From Bacillota bacterium (GTDB lineage: Bacteria; Bacillota; Ch66; Ch109): a stretch of DNA of 64,000 nt. The DNA is taken from positions 608,001 to 672,000 of the forward strand of contig JBMNLH010000001.1 of NCBI GenBank assembly GCA_050952625.1. Reading direction: 5' to 3'. The stretch's first letter is position 1. The number at the start of each line of letters is the position of its first letter. Shown piece by piece: positions 41,626 through 52,435 of this stretch. The notes under the pieces were generated by a model. That model searched no databases and was not told the origin of the DNA. It worked only from the letters and a program-made list of their open reading frames with translations. A program made the position numbers and the translations under genes.

Positions 41626-41659
41626 GCTGGACGGAAGTAATTTAGTCGGGAGTTAATAA

Positions 41660-42328
41660 TTGATGTTAATAAAAGACACCTTGTTGAATATTTACGAATG
41701 TTTATATCAGCATTTTGGGCCCCGTGGGTGGTGGCCGGCGGATACCCCGTGGGAAGTAGCAGTCGGGGCCATTCTCACTCAGAATGTGGCCTGGCGTAAT
41801 GTTGAACAAGCGATAGCTAATTTAAAAGAGGCGAACCTTCTAGGCCTCCAGGAGATGCAACTGGCGACTGAAGAAGAGATTGCCTCCCGGATCAGACCGA
41901 CTCGTTATTATAACACCAAGGCCCGTAAGCTTAAGGTTTTTGTTAATTATTTAACTGAGCACTACGCCGGCGAACTGAGCAACCTTTGGCATCAACCTCT
42001 AGAGAAGCTGCGTTTGGAACTGCTGAATCTTTGGGGATTGGGACCAGAGACCGTTGATTCTATTTTGTTGTACGCCGGCAATCAACCGGTTTTTGTGGTC
42101 GATGCCTATACCCGGCGCATCTTTAACCGACTGGGGCTACTGCCCGAGAAGGTGACCTATGCTGAGATGCAACGATTTTTTATGGATCATCTGCCGGTAG
42201 AAGTAAAATTATACAACGAATATCATGCCCTGATTGATGCCCTTGGCAACCGACTCTGTTTAAACCGATCGCCAAAATGTCACCTTTGTCCATTGGCCGA
42301 TCAGTGTCAGGGCAAGACCCCAGCTTAG
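41660..42328 (+). CDS. HhH-GPD endonuclease III-related DNA glycosylase
   Basis: GAILTQN, GLGPETVD, VVDAY, C-x6-C-x2-C-x5-C iron-sulfur motif. Confidence 0.88.
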   Translation: MMLIKDTLLNIYECLYQHFGPRGWWPADTPWEVAVGAILTQNVAWRNVEQAIANLKEANLLGLQEMQLATEEEIASRIRPTRYYNTKARKLKVFVNYLTEHYAGELSNLWHQPLEKLRLELLNLWGLGPETVDSILLYAGNQPVFVVDAYTRRIFNRLGLLPEKVTYAEMQRFFMDHLPVEVKLYNEYHALIDALGNRLCLNRSPKCHLCPLADQCQGKTPA

Positions 42329-42361
42329 CAAGGCCCCTGCCAAGATCTTGCGTTATTTCTT

Positions 42362-42392
42362 TTCTCAGGCGAGCCGGCTGATCGAGTAAAAA
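42362..42392 (+). repeat. Dispersed repeat family B copy (core)
   Basis: TTCTCAGGCGAGCCGGCTGATCGAGTAAAAA; 25/31 identical to 29021-29051. Confidence 0.6.
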
Positions 42393-42563
42393 GTTGGCCG
42401 CACATCATTTTGCGCAGGCCGGCGATTGGCGATTGGCATCAGAAAACGGAAGCGGCGGAGAATTAGCTGGATGGTAAAGTTCACCAGGATTCCCATCTGT
42501 AGTATACTCTTAACAAAAGGTTTATAGTTATTACAAATAGTATTAATGAGGGGGGATTCCAGG

Positions 42564-44060
42564 GTGGAACACTATACTGAAATAGATAAGATTAAACTGG
42601 CAGTCTATGAAGAAGTTGCCCGGTTAGCTCTCCAAGAGCAGCTTAGACAACGCATTGACGAACTACCCTTTCTGATTGTCGAACGAGAACAGCCGACCAG
42701 CCGCTGTTGTGTCTATCACGAACGGGCGGTTGTTACCGAGAGAATTCGGTTGGCTATGGGGCTTGACCGGCGAAAACGGCGGGAGACCGAACGCCTGTCA
42801 GAGGTTGTTGATCAGGCTTTAGCCCTGGATAGACCTGAAGAGCCGATGATCGTGGTGATTGAGTCTGCCTGTGATGCCTGTCCCATCGACCGGTTTATGG
42901 TTACTGATGCCTGTCGCAATTGTATGGCTCATGCCTGTAAAAATGTGTGCCCCAAGCAGGCGATTGTTATTGCTAATCAACGGGCCTATATTGACCAGGA
43001 GCGCTGTATTGAATGTGGGAAATGCGCCCAAGCCTGTCCGTTTAACGCTATTGCGGAGGTGGTCCGGCCGTGCATGCGGGCTTGTGGGATCGGAGCCATT
43101 CAAGGACACCGTGACCGTAAGACGATTATTGATTATCGCAAGTGTGTTAGTTGTGGTCATTGTGCCCGGGCGTGTCCCTTCGGGGCCATTGCTGACAAGT
43201 CGGCGATTGTTCAAGTAATCGGGCTCCTGAAAAAGGAGGAACCGGTTTACGCTGCCATTGCTCCTTCTTTTATCGGTCAGTTTGGGCGCGGGATAGTTCC
43301 AGAACAACTACGGGCTGCTTTCCGGCAACTAGGATTTGCGGATATGATTGAGGTCGCGATCGGAGCCGATTTAGTCGCTTTAGAGGAAGCCCATGAACTG
43401 ATTAACGAGGTACCCGGGCAAAAACCTTTTGCCATCACCACTTGCTGTCCATCTTTTCGGACTCTAGTGGAAAAGCATCATTCTAAAATCAAGGGTAATT
43501 TGTTCGACTCTCAATCACCGATGGTGCTTACCGGTCAGTTGATCAAAGAGAAACTGCCCCGGGCTCGGGTCGTTTTTATTGGACCTTGCGTGGCGAAAAA
43601 AGTTGAAGCCCTGCAAAGTCCGGCTCGAGAGGCCATTGATGCGGTTTTGACTTTTGAGGAAATGATGGCCATATTTAAAGCCGGGGAGATTAATTTAGCG
43701 GCCATGGAAAGCTGTCGCGGGGAGTGGGAAGCATCACGGACCGGCCGAATATTTGCCCGGTCTGGAGGAGTAACCGAGGCTTTAATTAGTACGGTTAAAA
43801 AAATTAACCCCACCAAAGAGGTTAACCCGGTCCGGGTAGAAGGAATAAAGAATTGTGATAAGCTTTTACGGACCGCCGAAGCCGGACGATTAACCAATAA
43901 TTTGGTTGAAGGCATGGCCTGCACCGGCGGATGTGTGGGCGGACCGGGAACGATGATCAAGGAAGTAGTGGCAACGAAGTTGGTCAACGATTATAGCCAG
44001 AAGTCCCCTTACTTTTATAGTCTGGATAATCCATTGGCCACCAAGCCAAAAGAAAAATAA
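42564..44060 (+). CDS. Monomeric group B-type [FeFe]-hydrogenase with ferredoxin domains
   Basis: H-cluster motifs TTCCPSF, GPCVAKKVE, EGMACTGGCVGG; several CxxCxxCxxxCP clusters; N-terminal RCCVYHER. GTG 42564 follows GAGGGGG. Confidence 0.88.
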   Translation: MEHYTEIDKIKLAVYEEVARLALQEQLRQRIDELPFLIVEREQPTSRCCVYHERAVVTERIRLAMGLDRRKRRETERLSEVVDQALALDRPEEPMIVVIESACDACPIDRFMVTDACRNCMAHACKNVCPKQAIVIANQRAYIDQERCIECGKCAQACPFNAIAEVVRPCMRACGIGAIQGHRDRKTIIDYRKCVSCGHCARACPFGAIADKSAIVQVIGLLKKEEPVYAAIAPSFIGQFGRGIVPEQLRAAFRQLGFADMIEVAIGADLVALEEAHELINEVPGQKPFAITTCCPSFRTLVEKHHSKIKGNLFDSQSPMVLTGQLIKEKLPRARVVFIGPCVAKKVEALQSPAREAIDAVLTFEEMMAIFKAGEINLAAMESCRGEWEASRTGRIFARSGGVTEALISTVKKINPTKEVNPVRVEGIKNCDKLLRTAEAGRLTNNLVEGMACTGGCVGGPGTMIKEVVATKLVNDYSQKSPYFYSLDNPLATKPKEK

Positions 44061-44249
44061 CTCCTGGCATTTTTTGATAAATTATGGTAGGATGCAGGTA
44101 GAAAATATAGCGTGCGGCGTAAAAAACGAGGTCAGGTTGAATTCAGCTTAATTACTCATCTGCGTTAACCATCAGATAATGTTGACATCTTATTTCTCTA
44201 GTGCTAAGTATATGGAACCCTTAAATAATAAATGGAGGTGATATTATTA

Positions 44250-44681
44250 ATGCTAGTTAAACAAATTTCTGTATTTTTAGAGAATAAGTATGGACGTTTA
44301 GCGGCGGTTACTAAGGTTCTCGGCGATGCCGACATTAACATTCGAGCCCTGTCGATTGCAGATACGGCGGATTTTGGTATTCTTCGGTTAATTGTCAATC
44401 ATCCGAAGAAAGCATATGAAGTGCTTAAGGCGGCCCGGTTCACCGTCAGTGAAACTGATGTTATTGCGGTTGAGGTTAAGGATGTCCCGGGAGGACTGGC
44501 ATCAGTGCTGCAACTAATGGCTGAGTCTCAAATTAATATTGAGTATATGTATGCTTTTCTCGCTCGGGCTTCTGAAGATGCTTTGGTAGTTTTTCGGGTA
44601 GAACGCCCTGTGGAGGCAATCAGTATTTTATTGAAAAAAGGGATTAAGATCCTTAGTGGTGAAAAAATTTACCAGATTTAA
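44250..44681 (+). CDS. Tandem ACT-domain protein
   Basis: KQISVFLENKYGRL, ADTADFGILR, DVPGGL, INIEYMY. Confidence 0.9.
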   Translation: MLVKQISVFLENKYGRLAAVTKVLGDADINIRALSIADTADFGILRLIVNHPKKAYEVLKAARFTVSETDVIAVEVKDVPGGLASVLQLMAESQINIEYMYAFLARASEDALVVFRVERPVEAISILLKKGIKILSGEKIYQI

Positions 44682-44717
44682 GATCAACAGCTAAAAGATT
44701 TCAGATACCCTATCATG

Positions 44718-44749
44718 TGTTCCCGATTACCCCGGGGACATTTTTTTTT
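44718..44749 (+). terminator. Terminator
   Basis: TGTTCCCG/CGGGGACA stem plus T9. Confidence 0.7.
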
Positions 44750-44914
44750 GCTCGATAGCCTTGTGTTTAGGCGATAGCTGACCTTTTACTTAATTTACCA
44801 GGAGATAGGTCCTTTTTCTCAGGATTTTTCGTGAATCCATCGTGATTGCATCCCAGGACATAAGCACTGAATTTCAAATATTATCCTCATTTTACTAATT
44901 AGAACATGTGATCG

Positions 44915-44971
44915 AAAGGAAATAAGTTGAGGTTAGCGAATTATAGTGGAGTGAAGTGGGGAGAAGTGGTC
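44915..44971 (+). promoter_or_regulatory. Sigma-H-type promoter and MraZ-binding direct repeats
   Basis: AAAGGAAAT-11nt-AGCGAAT; GTGG repeats with 10-bp period at 44946, 44956 and 44966. Confidence 0.7.
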
Positions 44972-45000
44972 CAATAATGCTAGGTAGTGGGGTGCTGGGT

Positions 45001-45438
45001 ATGTTCATGGGAGAGTATCAACACTCGATCGATACTAAAGGGCGCTTGATCATCCCAGCTAAATTTCGCGAGCGATTAGGTGAGAAATTTATCGCTACCA
45101 AAGGTTTGGATCACTGCTTATTTCTTTATCCCATGAGTGAATGGGAAACAATAGAACAAAAATTAAAAAATCTTCCCTTTACCCGGGCTGATGTACGGGC
45201 TTTTGTAAGGTTATTCTTTTCGGGGGCAGCGGAATGCGAATTAGATCGACAAGGCCGGATTCTTTTGTCGTCTAACCTGAGGCAATTTGCTCGGATTGAA
45301 AGGGATGTCGTGATTATTGGGGTATCCTCCCGAGTGGAGATTTGGTCTTTAGAAGAATGGAATCGTTATAATCAGCAAGCAGAAGAGGCTTATGAAAATA
45401 TTGCCGAAAGCATTGTCGGTTTAGATTTGGGACTTTAA
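45001..45438 (+). CDS. mraZ: Division/cell wall cluster repressor MraZ
   Basis: [26 protein letters not shown]. Confidence 0.96.
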   Translation: MFMGEYQHSIDTKGRLIIPAKFRERLGEKFIATKGLDHCLFLYPMSEWETIEQKLKNLPFTRADVRAFVRLFFSGAAECELDRQGRILLSSNLRQFARIERDVVIIGVSSRVEIWSLEEWNRYNQQAEEAYENIAESIVGLDLGL

Positions 45439-45465
45439 AGGGAAGATCTGAAAGGTAAGAGCATA

Positions 45466-46398
45466 ATGATCGGACATATACCAGTTTTACTCAAAGAAGT
45501 ACTTGAGCTTTTGAATCTGCAGAACGATGGAATCTATGTTGACTGCACCCTAGGAGGTGGGGGCCATACACAACAAATTCTAAAAAAGTTGGGCCCCCGG
45601 GGTTTGGTAGTTGGCATTGACCAGGACTCCAGGACCCTAGCCATTACCAAAGCCAAGTTAAGTAGATATAGCGAAAGAGTCAAGTATGTCCAGGGCAATT
45701 TCCGATATCTAAAAATGTACCTGAATCAATTAGGGATCGCGCAGGTAAACGGCATCCTTTTTGATCTAGGGGTATCCTCCTTTCAGTTAGATGAAGGTGA
45801 ACGGGGCTTCAGCTATCAGCAGGATGCAGTGCTAGACATGCGCATGGATCCCCAAAACCCGATCTTAGCTAAAGATTTGGTAAATCAGAGCTCAGAGGAT
45901 ACTTTGGCTCAGATCATTCGCGATTATGGGGAGGAGCGCTGGGCCCGTCGGATAGCTAAATTTATTGTGGCCAAAAGAAATCAGAAACCAATAAAGACTA
46001 CTACAGAACTAGTCGAAGTTATTAAAGACGCCATCCCTGCTTCAGCCCGCCGGACCGGACCTCATCCGGCGCGGCGTACTTTCCAGGCGTTAAGGATCGC
46101 CGTTAATGACGAACTTAAAGTCTTGCAAGAGGCTTTAAACCAGGCCATTGAATGCTTGGCCCCCGGTGGAAGGTTAGTCGTCATCTCTTTTCATTCCCTG
46201 GAAGACCGGTTGGTAAAGGATACTTTTCGGCAACAGGCCAATCCCTGTGAATGTCCGCCTGATTTTCCGGTTTGCCGGTGCGGGAAGCAACCAGTCTTAC
46301 GCTTAATCACTCGTAAACCGGTGTTGCCATCAGCGGATGAGTTAAGGATTAACCCTCGTTCCCGGAGTGCCCGTTTAAGATCAGCGGAAAAGATTTAG
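45466..46398 (+). CDS. rsmH: 16S rRNA m4C1402 methyltransferase
   Basis: HIPVLL, DCTLGGGGH, DLGVSS, FHSLEDR, NPRSRSA. Confidence 0.97.
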   Translation: MIGHIPVLLKEVLELLNLQNDGIYVDCTLGGGGHTQQILKKLGPRGLVVGIDQDSRTLAITKAKLSRYSERVKYVQGNFRYLKMYLNQLGIAQVNGILFDLGVSSFQLDEGERGFSYQQDAVLDMRMDPQNPILAKDLVNQSSEDTLAQIIRDYGEERWARRIAKFIVAKRNQKPIKTTTELVEVIKDAIPASARRTGPHPARRTFQALRIAVNDELKVLQEALNQAIECLAPGGRLVVISFHSLEDRLVKDTFRQQANPCECPPDFPVCRCGKQPVLRLITRKPVLPSADELRINPRSRSARLRSAEKI

Positions 46399-46437
46399 TG
46401 TCTGGTTAGTTCTAATGGAAAGAGAGGTTGAATAATC

Positions 46438-47052
46438 TTGGTACTGGCACAGGAAAAATATCCTTATGATGAACAATCAATGGCAGAGGTTCGGGATACT
46501 GTTACCGCTCATTCTGTTCGACCATCCCGAGTTAAACGCCGCCGGAGCCTTGAATTAAAGTTTGGCTCAAAGGTTTTTCTGTCGACCATTATTATTGGTT
46601 TGTTTTTCCTGACGGGGATTGCTCTGGCCTGTTGTTGTATTTATCCTACCCGATTAGGTTACCAGATTGTCACCTTGGAACAGGAGATTGCCGCTCTGGA
46701 ACAAGAACAGAAAGTTTTAAAGCTCCGAGTGGCTCAAGCTCAATCGCCGGAACGGATTGAGCATATTGCCCGGTATCAGTTAGCAATGGTCCCAGCTAAG
46801 GAAGGGGGAGTTCGCGTAATCGAGTCAACCGCACCGTCATACTCAGGAGAGGCCGGTAATGATTTTAACATGTCTGTGGGGGCGGCCTCGGCTCATGACG
46901 GAACTAACGAGATGCAAGTTGCGGTTAATTCAAAGACCGGTGATCAGACTGGTCTGGCAGCTAACCCGATTATTCTGACAACTGCTCAGGTTATTTCCGA
47001 TAAGATAATGGCTATTGCAGATATTAAAAAATCGAAATACATAAATGATTAA
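46438..47052 (+). CDS. ftsL: FtsL-like septum formation protein with extended C-terminus
   Basis: Position after rsmH; TM plus coiled coil plus SPERIEHIA. Confidence 0.7.
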   Translation: MVLAQEKYPYDEQSMAEVRDTVTAHSVRPSRVKRRRSLELKFGSKVFLSTIIIGLFFLTGIALACCCIYPTRLGYQIVTLEQEIAALEQEQKVLKLRVAQAQSPERIEHIARYQLAMVPAKEGGVRVIESTAPSYSGEAGNDFNMSVGAASAHDGTNEMQVAVNSKTGDQTGLAANPIILTTAQVISDKIMAIADIKKSKYIND

Positions 47053-47183
47053 AATTAGATCAAGCTTAAATGAAAAACGTGCCGGTTTTGACACATCAAA
47101 GTACCATTTTTGTACACTGAGACTTTACTTATTTTTGCCGCTAGTACTGCTCTGGGCGGCATTTATTTCGAGGTGGCACCTTA

Positions 47184-49319
47184 ATGCACACTACCGTGAG
47201 TATCCGCAAAAGAATTTATTATTTGTTTCTCATTCTGGGAGTGATATTAATTGGTTTGTCCCTGCGTCTAGGATGGGTACAGTTTGTCCGGGGCGATGAA
47301 TTATCCCAAATGGCCTTGGATAACCGCATGCGAGATGTGCCGGTAGAAGCCAAACGAGGGACGATTTACGATCGAAACCGTAAGGAACTAGCCCTTAGTA
47401 TCAGTTCTGATGCTCTATATGCTATTCCTCCAGAGGTGCGCCAGTCTGGTCAGGCCAAAGAAATAGCGGCGCAACTGGCTCAGATCCTTCAAATGGATGA
47501 GGCCTCTTTACTTGAACGGATAACCAAAAATTCTCGACATGAGTGGATAAAACTAAAGGTTCCGCCGGACCAGGTAACGGAAATAAAAAAACTCAGACTC
47601 CCGGGCATTGATTTTGCGGAAAAAAGCCAGCGATTTTATCCGAAAGATAATTTAGCGGCCCATGTATTAGGTATTTCCGGCATTGATAATACTGGGTTAG
47701 AGGGAATAGACAAGTACTATGATAAAGAACTGGGCGGAGAACCGGGCCGGATTGTTATTGAATATGATGCCAAAGGCCGAGAAATACCGCAGGCTATGCA
47801 TATGTATATCCCGCCGGTTGACGGAAAAAATCTGGTTTTAACCATTGACGAAACCATCCAATATATTGCCGAACGGGAATTGGATAAGGTATACCAGGAA
47901 CGACAGCCAAAGAGTGCGAGCATTATCGTTATGGACCCAAACACCGGGGAAATATTGGCTTTAGCCTGTCGGCCGGACTTTAACCCGAATGATTATGCTA
48001 GTTTTCCGGCGGCTAACCGACGAAATATCGCGGCCTGCAATGCTTACGAACCCGGTTCGGTTTTTAAAATTGTCACAGCCGCCGCCGCTTTAGATGAGGG
48101 AGCGGTTCGGCCGGAAACCGCGTTTCACTGCTCTGGCGGGCTGCCAGTGGGACGGCATACTATTCACTGTTCACAGCATCGGGCGCACGGAGCCGAAAGT
48201 TTTAGGGAAGTAGTGGCCAATTCCTGCAACGTCGGCTTTGCCTCACTAGGGCTTCGCCTAGGAGTTGAACCATTTTATAACTATTTACGGGCTTTTGGGT
48301 TCGGCCAGAAAACTGGTCTTGAACTGCCGGGGGAGGCGGTTGGCATTCTGGTACCCCAGAACCAGGCCAAGGATATTCACCTGGCCACCATGGCGATGGG
48401 TCAGGCTAATGCGGTTACCCCAATCCAAATGTTGACCGCAGTTTGTGCAGCCATTAATGGCGGCAATTTAATGAAACCGCAGTTGGTTAAGTCTATCCTG
48501 AACGCCGAGGGAGAGGTTATTCAGGAGATAGAACCTCAAGTGGTCCGACGGGTTATTTCCAATAAAACATCCGAAGAATTAAGAGTTATCTTAGAAGGCG
48601 TGGTAGCTGATGGGACCGGACGAAATGGGCAGGTTGAGGGATATCGAGTAGGCGGTAAAACCGGTACAGCGCAAAAGGCGGCTCCAGGGGGAGGATACCT
48701 GACTAATGAGTATGTGGCCTCTTTTGTTGGGTTTGCTCCAACCGATCAACCTCGAATAGCGGTGTTAGTTATTGTCGATGCTCCTCAAGGTTATCCCTAT
48801 TTTGGCGGATGGGTTGCGGCCCCGGTTTTCCGGGAAGTAGTCAAAGATACCCTGCGCTACCTGGGAGTTCCCTATCAGTTGCCGCTTGAAAGTACTACGC
48901 CAGACATGGCCGGCGGAGCAGCTGCGACCAAGCAAGGGGTGACGGTGCCGGAAGTAGTTGGGTTGTCCGTCGCCGATGCAGAAAGGGCGATTGCCAAAGC
49001 CAATTTAACACCGGTCATTGAGGGTGAGGGAGAAAGGGTCTGGGGACAGACCCCTCAGGGTTCGGCCCTGGTCAAGTCAAAAACCCGGGTATTATTATAT
49101 ACTGGGCCAAATGAGGCTGCAAACGAAAGCAAGCAAGAGGTTACCGTGCCGGATGTGACCGGACAGACGATCCGTCAGGCCGGGCAGACTCTGGGGAATG
49201 CCGGCTTAAGAGTAACCACAGTGGGTAGTGGAGTAGCGGTGCGTCAGAGTATCAAGCCGGGGACCGTGGTTAAAGCTGGGACGGTAATTACCGTCGAGTT
49301 TGAACCGGCAACTAGTTGA
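47184..49319 (+). CDS. spoVD: Class B penicillin-binding protein with PASTA domains
   Basis: RGTIYDRN, EPGSVFK, SCN, GKTGTAQ, two PASTA domains. Confidence 0.88.
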   Translation: MHTTVSIRKRIYYLFLILGVILIGLSLRLGWVQFVRGDELSQMALDNRMRDVPVEAKRGTIYDRNRKELALSISSDALYAIPPEVRQSGQAKEIAAQLAQILQMDEASLLERITKNSRHEWIKLKVPPDQVTEIKKLRLPGIDFAEKSQRFYPKDNLAAHVLGISGIDNTGLEGIDKYYDKELGGEPGRIVIEYDAKGREIPQAMHMYIPPVDGKNLVLTIDETIQYIAERELDKVYQERQPKSASIIVMDPNTGEILALACRPDFNPNDYASFPAANRRNIAACNAYEPGSVFKIVTAAAALDEGAVRPETAFHCSGGLPVGRHTIHCSQHRAHGAESFREVVANSCNVGFASLGLRLGVEPFYNYLRAFGFGQKTGLELPGEAVGILVPQNQAKDIHLATMAMGQANAVTPIQMLTAVCAAINGGNLMKPQLVKSILNAEGEVIQEIEPQVVRRVISNKTSEELRVILEGVVADGTGRNGQVEGYRVGGKTGTAQKAAPGGGYLTNEYVASFVGFAPTDQPRIAVLVIVDAPQGYPYFGGWVAAPVFREVVKDTLRYLGVPYQLPLESTTPDMAGGAAATKQGVTVPEVVGLSVADAERAIAKANLTPVIEGEGERVWGQTPQGSALVKSKTRVLLYTGPNEAANESKQEVTVPDVTGQTIRQAGQTLGNAGLRVTTVGSGVAVRQSIKPGTVVKAGTVITVEFEPATS

Positions 49320-49363
49320 ACTTACTCAATAAGGTTACCAATAAGGCTCAATTTTGTTTTCCC

Positions 49364-49391
49364 TTGACAGAAAAAGGATCCGAATTATACT
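49364..49391 (+). promoter_or_regulatory. Sigma-A promoter for murE
   Basis: TTGACA-16nt-TATACT. Confidence 0.55.
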
Positions 49392-49496
49392 GTTTAGGGA
49401 AGGATGAAGATACTAAGGTAGCTTTGAGCTTGAATTAGGAAATATTGGTTAATAATAGTAACAGGCTTTATACTATAATTAAGGAGGGACCACCCA

Positions 49497-50990
49497 GTGA
49501 CTCTACTTTCGCAGCTATTAGTCGACCTGGAAATGGTGGAGCTTAGTGGTGACCCCAATATCAAGATTAATGGGTTGCACTATGACTCTCGGCAAATTCG
49601 TCCAGGTTTTCTTTTTGCTGCTATTACCGGTTTTCGGACCGACGGACATCTTTATATTCCATCTGCCCTAAATAACGGGGCTTCGGTCCTGTTGGCGGAA
49701 AAACCGGTTGAGGTCCCCTCGGAAGTGACCGTGGTCAGGGTTGCTGATTCGCGTAGAGCCTTAGCTAAACTAGCTGCTGCCTATTATAAGTACCCTTCGT
49801 CCAAGCTCAGGGTGGTTGGGGTGACTGGAACTAATGGTAAGACCACCACCACTCACCTAATCGAAGCTATTCTGAATAAAGCTGGCTATCAAACTGGCTT
49901 GTTGGGGACCATTGCTAATCGGATTGGCGGTAAGGAGTTGCCAGTAGTCCACACCACGCCGGAATCACTGGATCTTCAGGCTTTGTTGGGAGAAATGGTG
50001 AGTTTTGGAAGCGATTATGCCATTATGGAAGTTTCCTCACATGCTCTAGCCTTAGATCGAGTTGCCAATTGCCAGTTTGATGTGGCTGTTTTTACCAATT
50101 TAAGCCAGGATCACCTTGACTTTCACCAGAATATGGATGATTATCGGGACACCAAGTTGCGCTTGTTTTCAGGATTAGGTAAGGATAACCACAAACCGGG
50201 TCCCCAGTACGCAGTGGTTAATGCTGACGATGCAGCCGGGGAACGATTCATCAAAGCAACTCCGGTTGAAGTAATTACTTATGGTCTCGAAAAGCCGGCG
50301 CAAGTAAGAGCCGATAGCATTGAAATAACTCCGCGCGGCACCTCCTTTCGAGCTGTGCTGCCCGACGGTGAATTAGCAGTTAAGTTAAATATGACCGGGC
50401 ACTTCAGTATCTATAATGCCCTGGCTGCCCTCACTGTTGCTTGGCGCGAAGGGATTAACTACCAAACGATCCAGTCAGCCCTGAGAGCGGTTCGGGGGGT
50501 ACCAGGCCGGTTTGAACTAATCGATAGTGGACAGGACTTTACAGTCGTGGTGGATTATGCGCATACGCCTGATGGCTTGGAAAATGTCCTCAGTACGGCA
50601 CGTGAAGTAGCTAATGGTCAAGTAATCACGGTTTTTGGCTGCGGTGGCGACCGCGACCGAACGAAACGACCACGAATGGGCGAAGTGGTAGCTAGATTAA
50701 GTGATTACGCAGTGGTTACTTCGGACAATCCCAGAACTGAAGATCCGATGCGGATTATTGAAGATATCCTGCCCGGTATTCGGGCTGTTGGAGCAAAACA
50801 ATTTACTGTCATTCCTGACCGTCGACAGGCAATTCAACAGGCCTTGCAAATAGCAAAACCAGGGGATATGGTCGTTATTGCGGGCAAAGGACATGAAACT
50901 TATCAGTTAGTCGGAACTGAGGTTTTGCCTTTTGACGACCGAGCGGTAGCCAAGGAAATATTAGGCCAAATAGCTGGTAATTTGAAATAG
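49497..50990 (+). CDS. murE: UDP-MurNAc-tripeptide synthetase, meso-DAP type
   Basis: GTNGKTT, TTPES, DYAHTPD, DNPR. Confidence 0.96.
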   Translation: MTLLSQLLVDLEMVELSGDPNIKINGLHYDSRQIRPGFLFAAITGFRTDGHLYIPSALNNGASVLLAEKPVEVPSEVTVVRVADSRRALAKLAAAYYKYPSSKLRVVGVTGTNGKTTTTHLIEAILNKAGYQTGLLGTIANRIGGKELPVVHTTPESLDLQALLGEMVSFGSDYAIMEVSSHALALDRVANCQFDVAVFTNLSQDHLDFHQNMDDYRDTKLRLFSGLGKDNHKPGPQYAVVNADDAAGERFIKATPVEVITYGLEKPAQVRADSIEITPRGTSFRAVLPDGELAVKLNMTGHFSIYNALAALTVAWREGINYQTIQSALRAVRGVPGRFELIDSGQDFTVVVDYAHTPDGLENVLSTAREVANGQVITVFGCGGDRDRTKRPRMGEVVARLSDYAVVTSDNPRTEDPMRIIEDILPGIRAVGAKQFTVIPDRRQAIQQALQIAKPGDMVVIAGKGHETYQLVGTEVLPFDDRAVAKEILGQIAGNLK

Positions 50991-51001
50991 GGTGGTCGCA
51001 C

Positions 51002-52435
51002 TTGAAAGAAGTTAGCTTAAAACAGATAATAAAGGTTATTAACGGCAAGATTTTACGTGGTCAGCTGCCGTTGCTTGACCTGACTAAGGGGGTTAGCCTG
51101 GACAGCCGTCAAGTTAAGCCGGGTGAACTGTTTTTTGCGTTCCCCGGCGAACGGGTTGATGGTCATGATTTTGTTAATCAAGCCCTAGCGGCCGGGGCGA
51201 TTGGAGCAGTAGTCAAGCATTGGCCGAGAGAAGATTCAGGCAGCTTGACCGAGGAGTTGACTGCTCCTTTGATTCAGGTAGATAATGTACTGAAAGCTTT
51301 GCAAGATCTTGCTGCCTGGTATCGGAGTCAATTTTCTTTACCAGTCATTGGCATAACTGGTAGTACTGGCAAAACCAGCACGAAAGACTTGATTGCGGCG
51401 GTACTGAGTAAGCATTTTTGCACCTTGAAAACAGCGGGAAACTATAATAATGAAATAGGCGTTCCCTTAACCTTATTACAGCTTGCTGATCAGCATCAGA
51501 TCGCTGTGGTGGAAATGGCCATGCGCCGCCGAGGAGAAATAGCCGCTCTCTGCTCTCTGGCCAAACCGACCGGGGGAGTCATCACTAATATCGGTCACAC
51601 CCATCAGGAACTATTAGGTTCACAGGGGAACATTGCCCGGGCTAAGGGAGAACTCCTAGAGTATCTTTCAGAATCAGGGTGGGCAGTTTTAAATGCCGAC
51701 GATCCCTGGCAGCCCTTGATCGCCTCGGAAACTAGGGCCAAAAAGATTTTTTATGGCTTGAAACAGCCAGCCGAAGTATTTGCCAGTCACATTCAACTGT
51801 TAGGCTCCTCTGGCAGTCGTTTTCGGGTTCATCTGCCAGGTGAAGTCAGGGATATTTCCTTGCCCATACCTGGTGAACATAATATATATAACGCCTTGGC
51901 CGCTATCGGAGTTGGCTGGTTAATGGGAATGCGGCTCGAGGAGATGGCAGATGGTTTAGCGGAAGCTCGACTGTCGGCGATGCGGCTAGATGTAAGAGCC
52001 GGCGACCAGGGGACAATTTTGATCAATGATGCTTATAACGCCAATCCCGACTCAATGCGGGCAGCCTTGCGGGTACTGGCCAATACTGAAGGAAAACGAA
52101 CGATCGCGATTATGGGGGACATGTATGAGTTAGGCGACTATACCGAAGAGGGTCACCGCCGGGTTGGTGAAGACGCGGCCCATTTGGGGATTTCCTTGCT
52201 AATTACAGTTGGCCAATTAGCCGAGGGTATTGCCCGGGGAGCCCTTGGTGCCGGAATGTCGCTAGATCAGGTGGTGACTGTTTTAGATAAAAAAGAAGCC
52301 GTGAATTATGTTCGGGAGTACCGGAAACCAGGAGATGTTATCCTGGTGAAGGGATCCCGTGGGATGAAGATGGAGGAGATAGTGAAGGCCTTGCAGCCAG
52401 CCGGGCCGGATGGGGGAGATAACAAAAGTGTTTGA
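51002..52435 (+). CDS. murF: UDP-MurNAc-pentapeptide synthetase
   Basis: GSTGKTS, NNEIGVP, DAYNANP, KGSRG. Confidence 0.96.
   Translation: MKEVSLKQIIKVINGKILRGQLPLLDLTKGVSLDSRQVKPGELFFAFPGERVDGHDFVNQALAAGAIGAVVKHWPREDSGSLTEELTAPLIQVDNVLKALQDLAAWYRSQFSLPVIGITGSTGKTSTKDLIAAVLSKHFCTLKTAGNYNNEIGVPLTLLQLADQHQIAVVEMAMRRRGEIAALCSLAKPTGGVITNIGHTHQELLGSQGNIARAKGELLEYLSESGWAVLNADDPWQPLIASETRAKKIFYGLKQPAEVFASHIQLLGSSGSRFRVHLPGEVRDISLPIPGEHNIYNALAAIGVGWLMGMRLEEMADGLAEARLSAMRLDVRAGDQGTILINDAYNANPDSMRAALRVLANTEGKRTIAIMGDMYELGDYTEEGHRRVGEDAAHLGISLLITVGQLAEGIARGALGAGMSLDQVVTVLDKKEAVNYVREYRKPGDVILVKGSRGMKMEEIVKALQPAGPDGGDNKSV

Noticed and set aside
44847-44880. Possible further degenerate repeat A copy (TGCATCCCAGGACATAAGCACTGA)
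   Set aside because: Needs gaps and lacks both conserved ends; not distinguishable from chance by eye.
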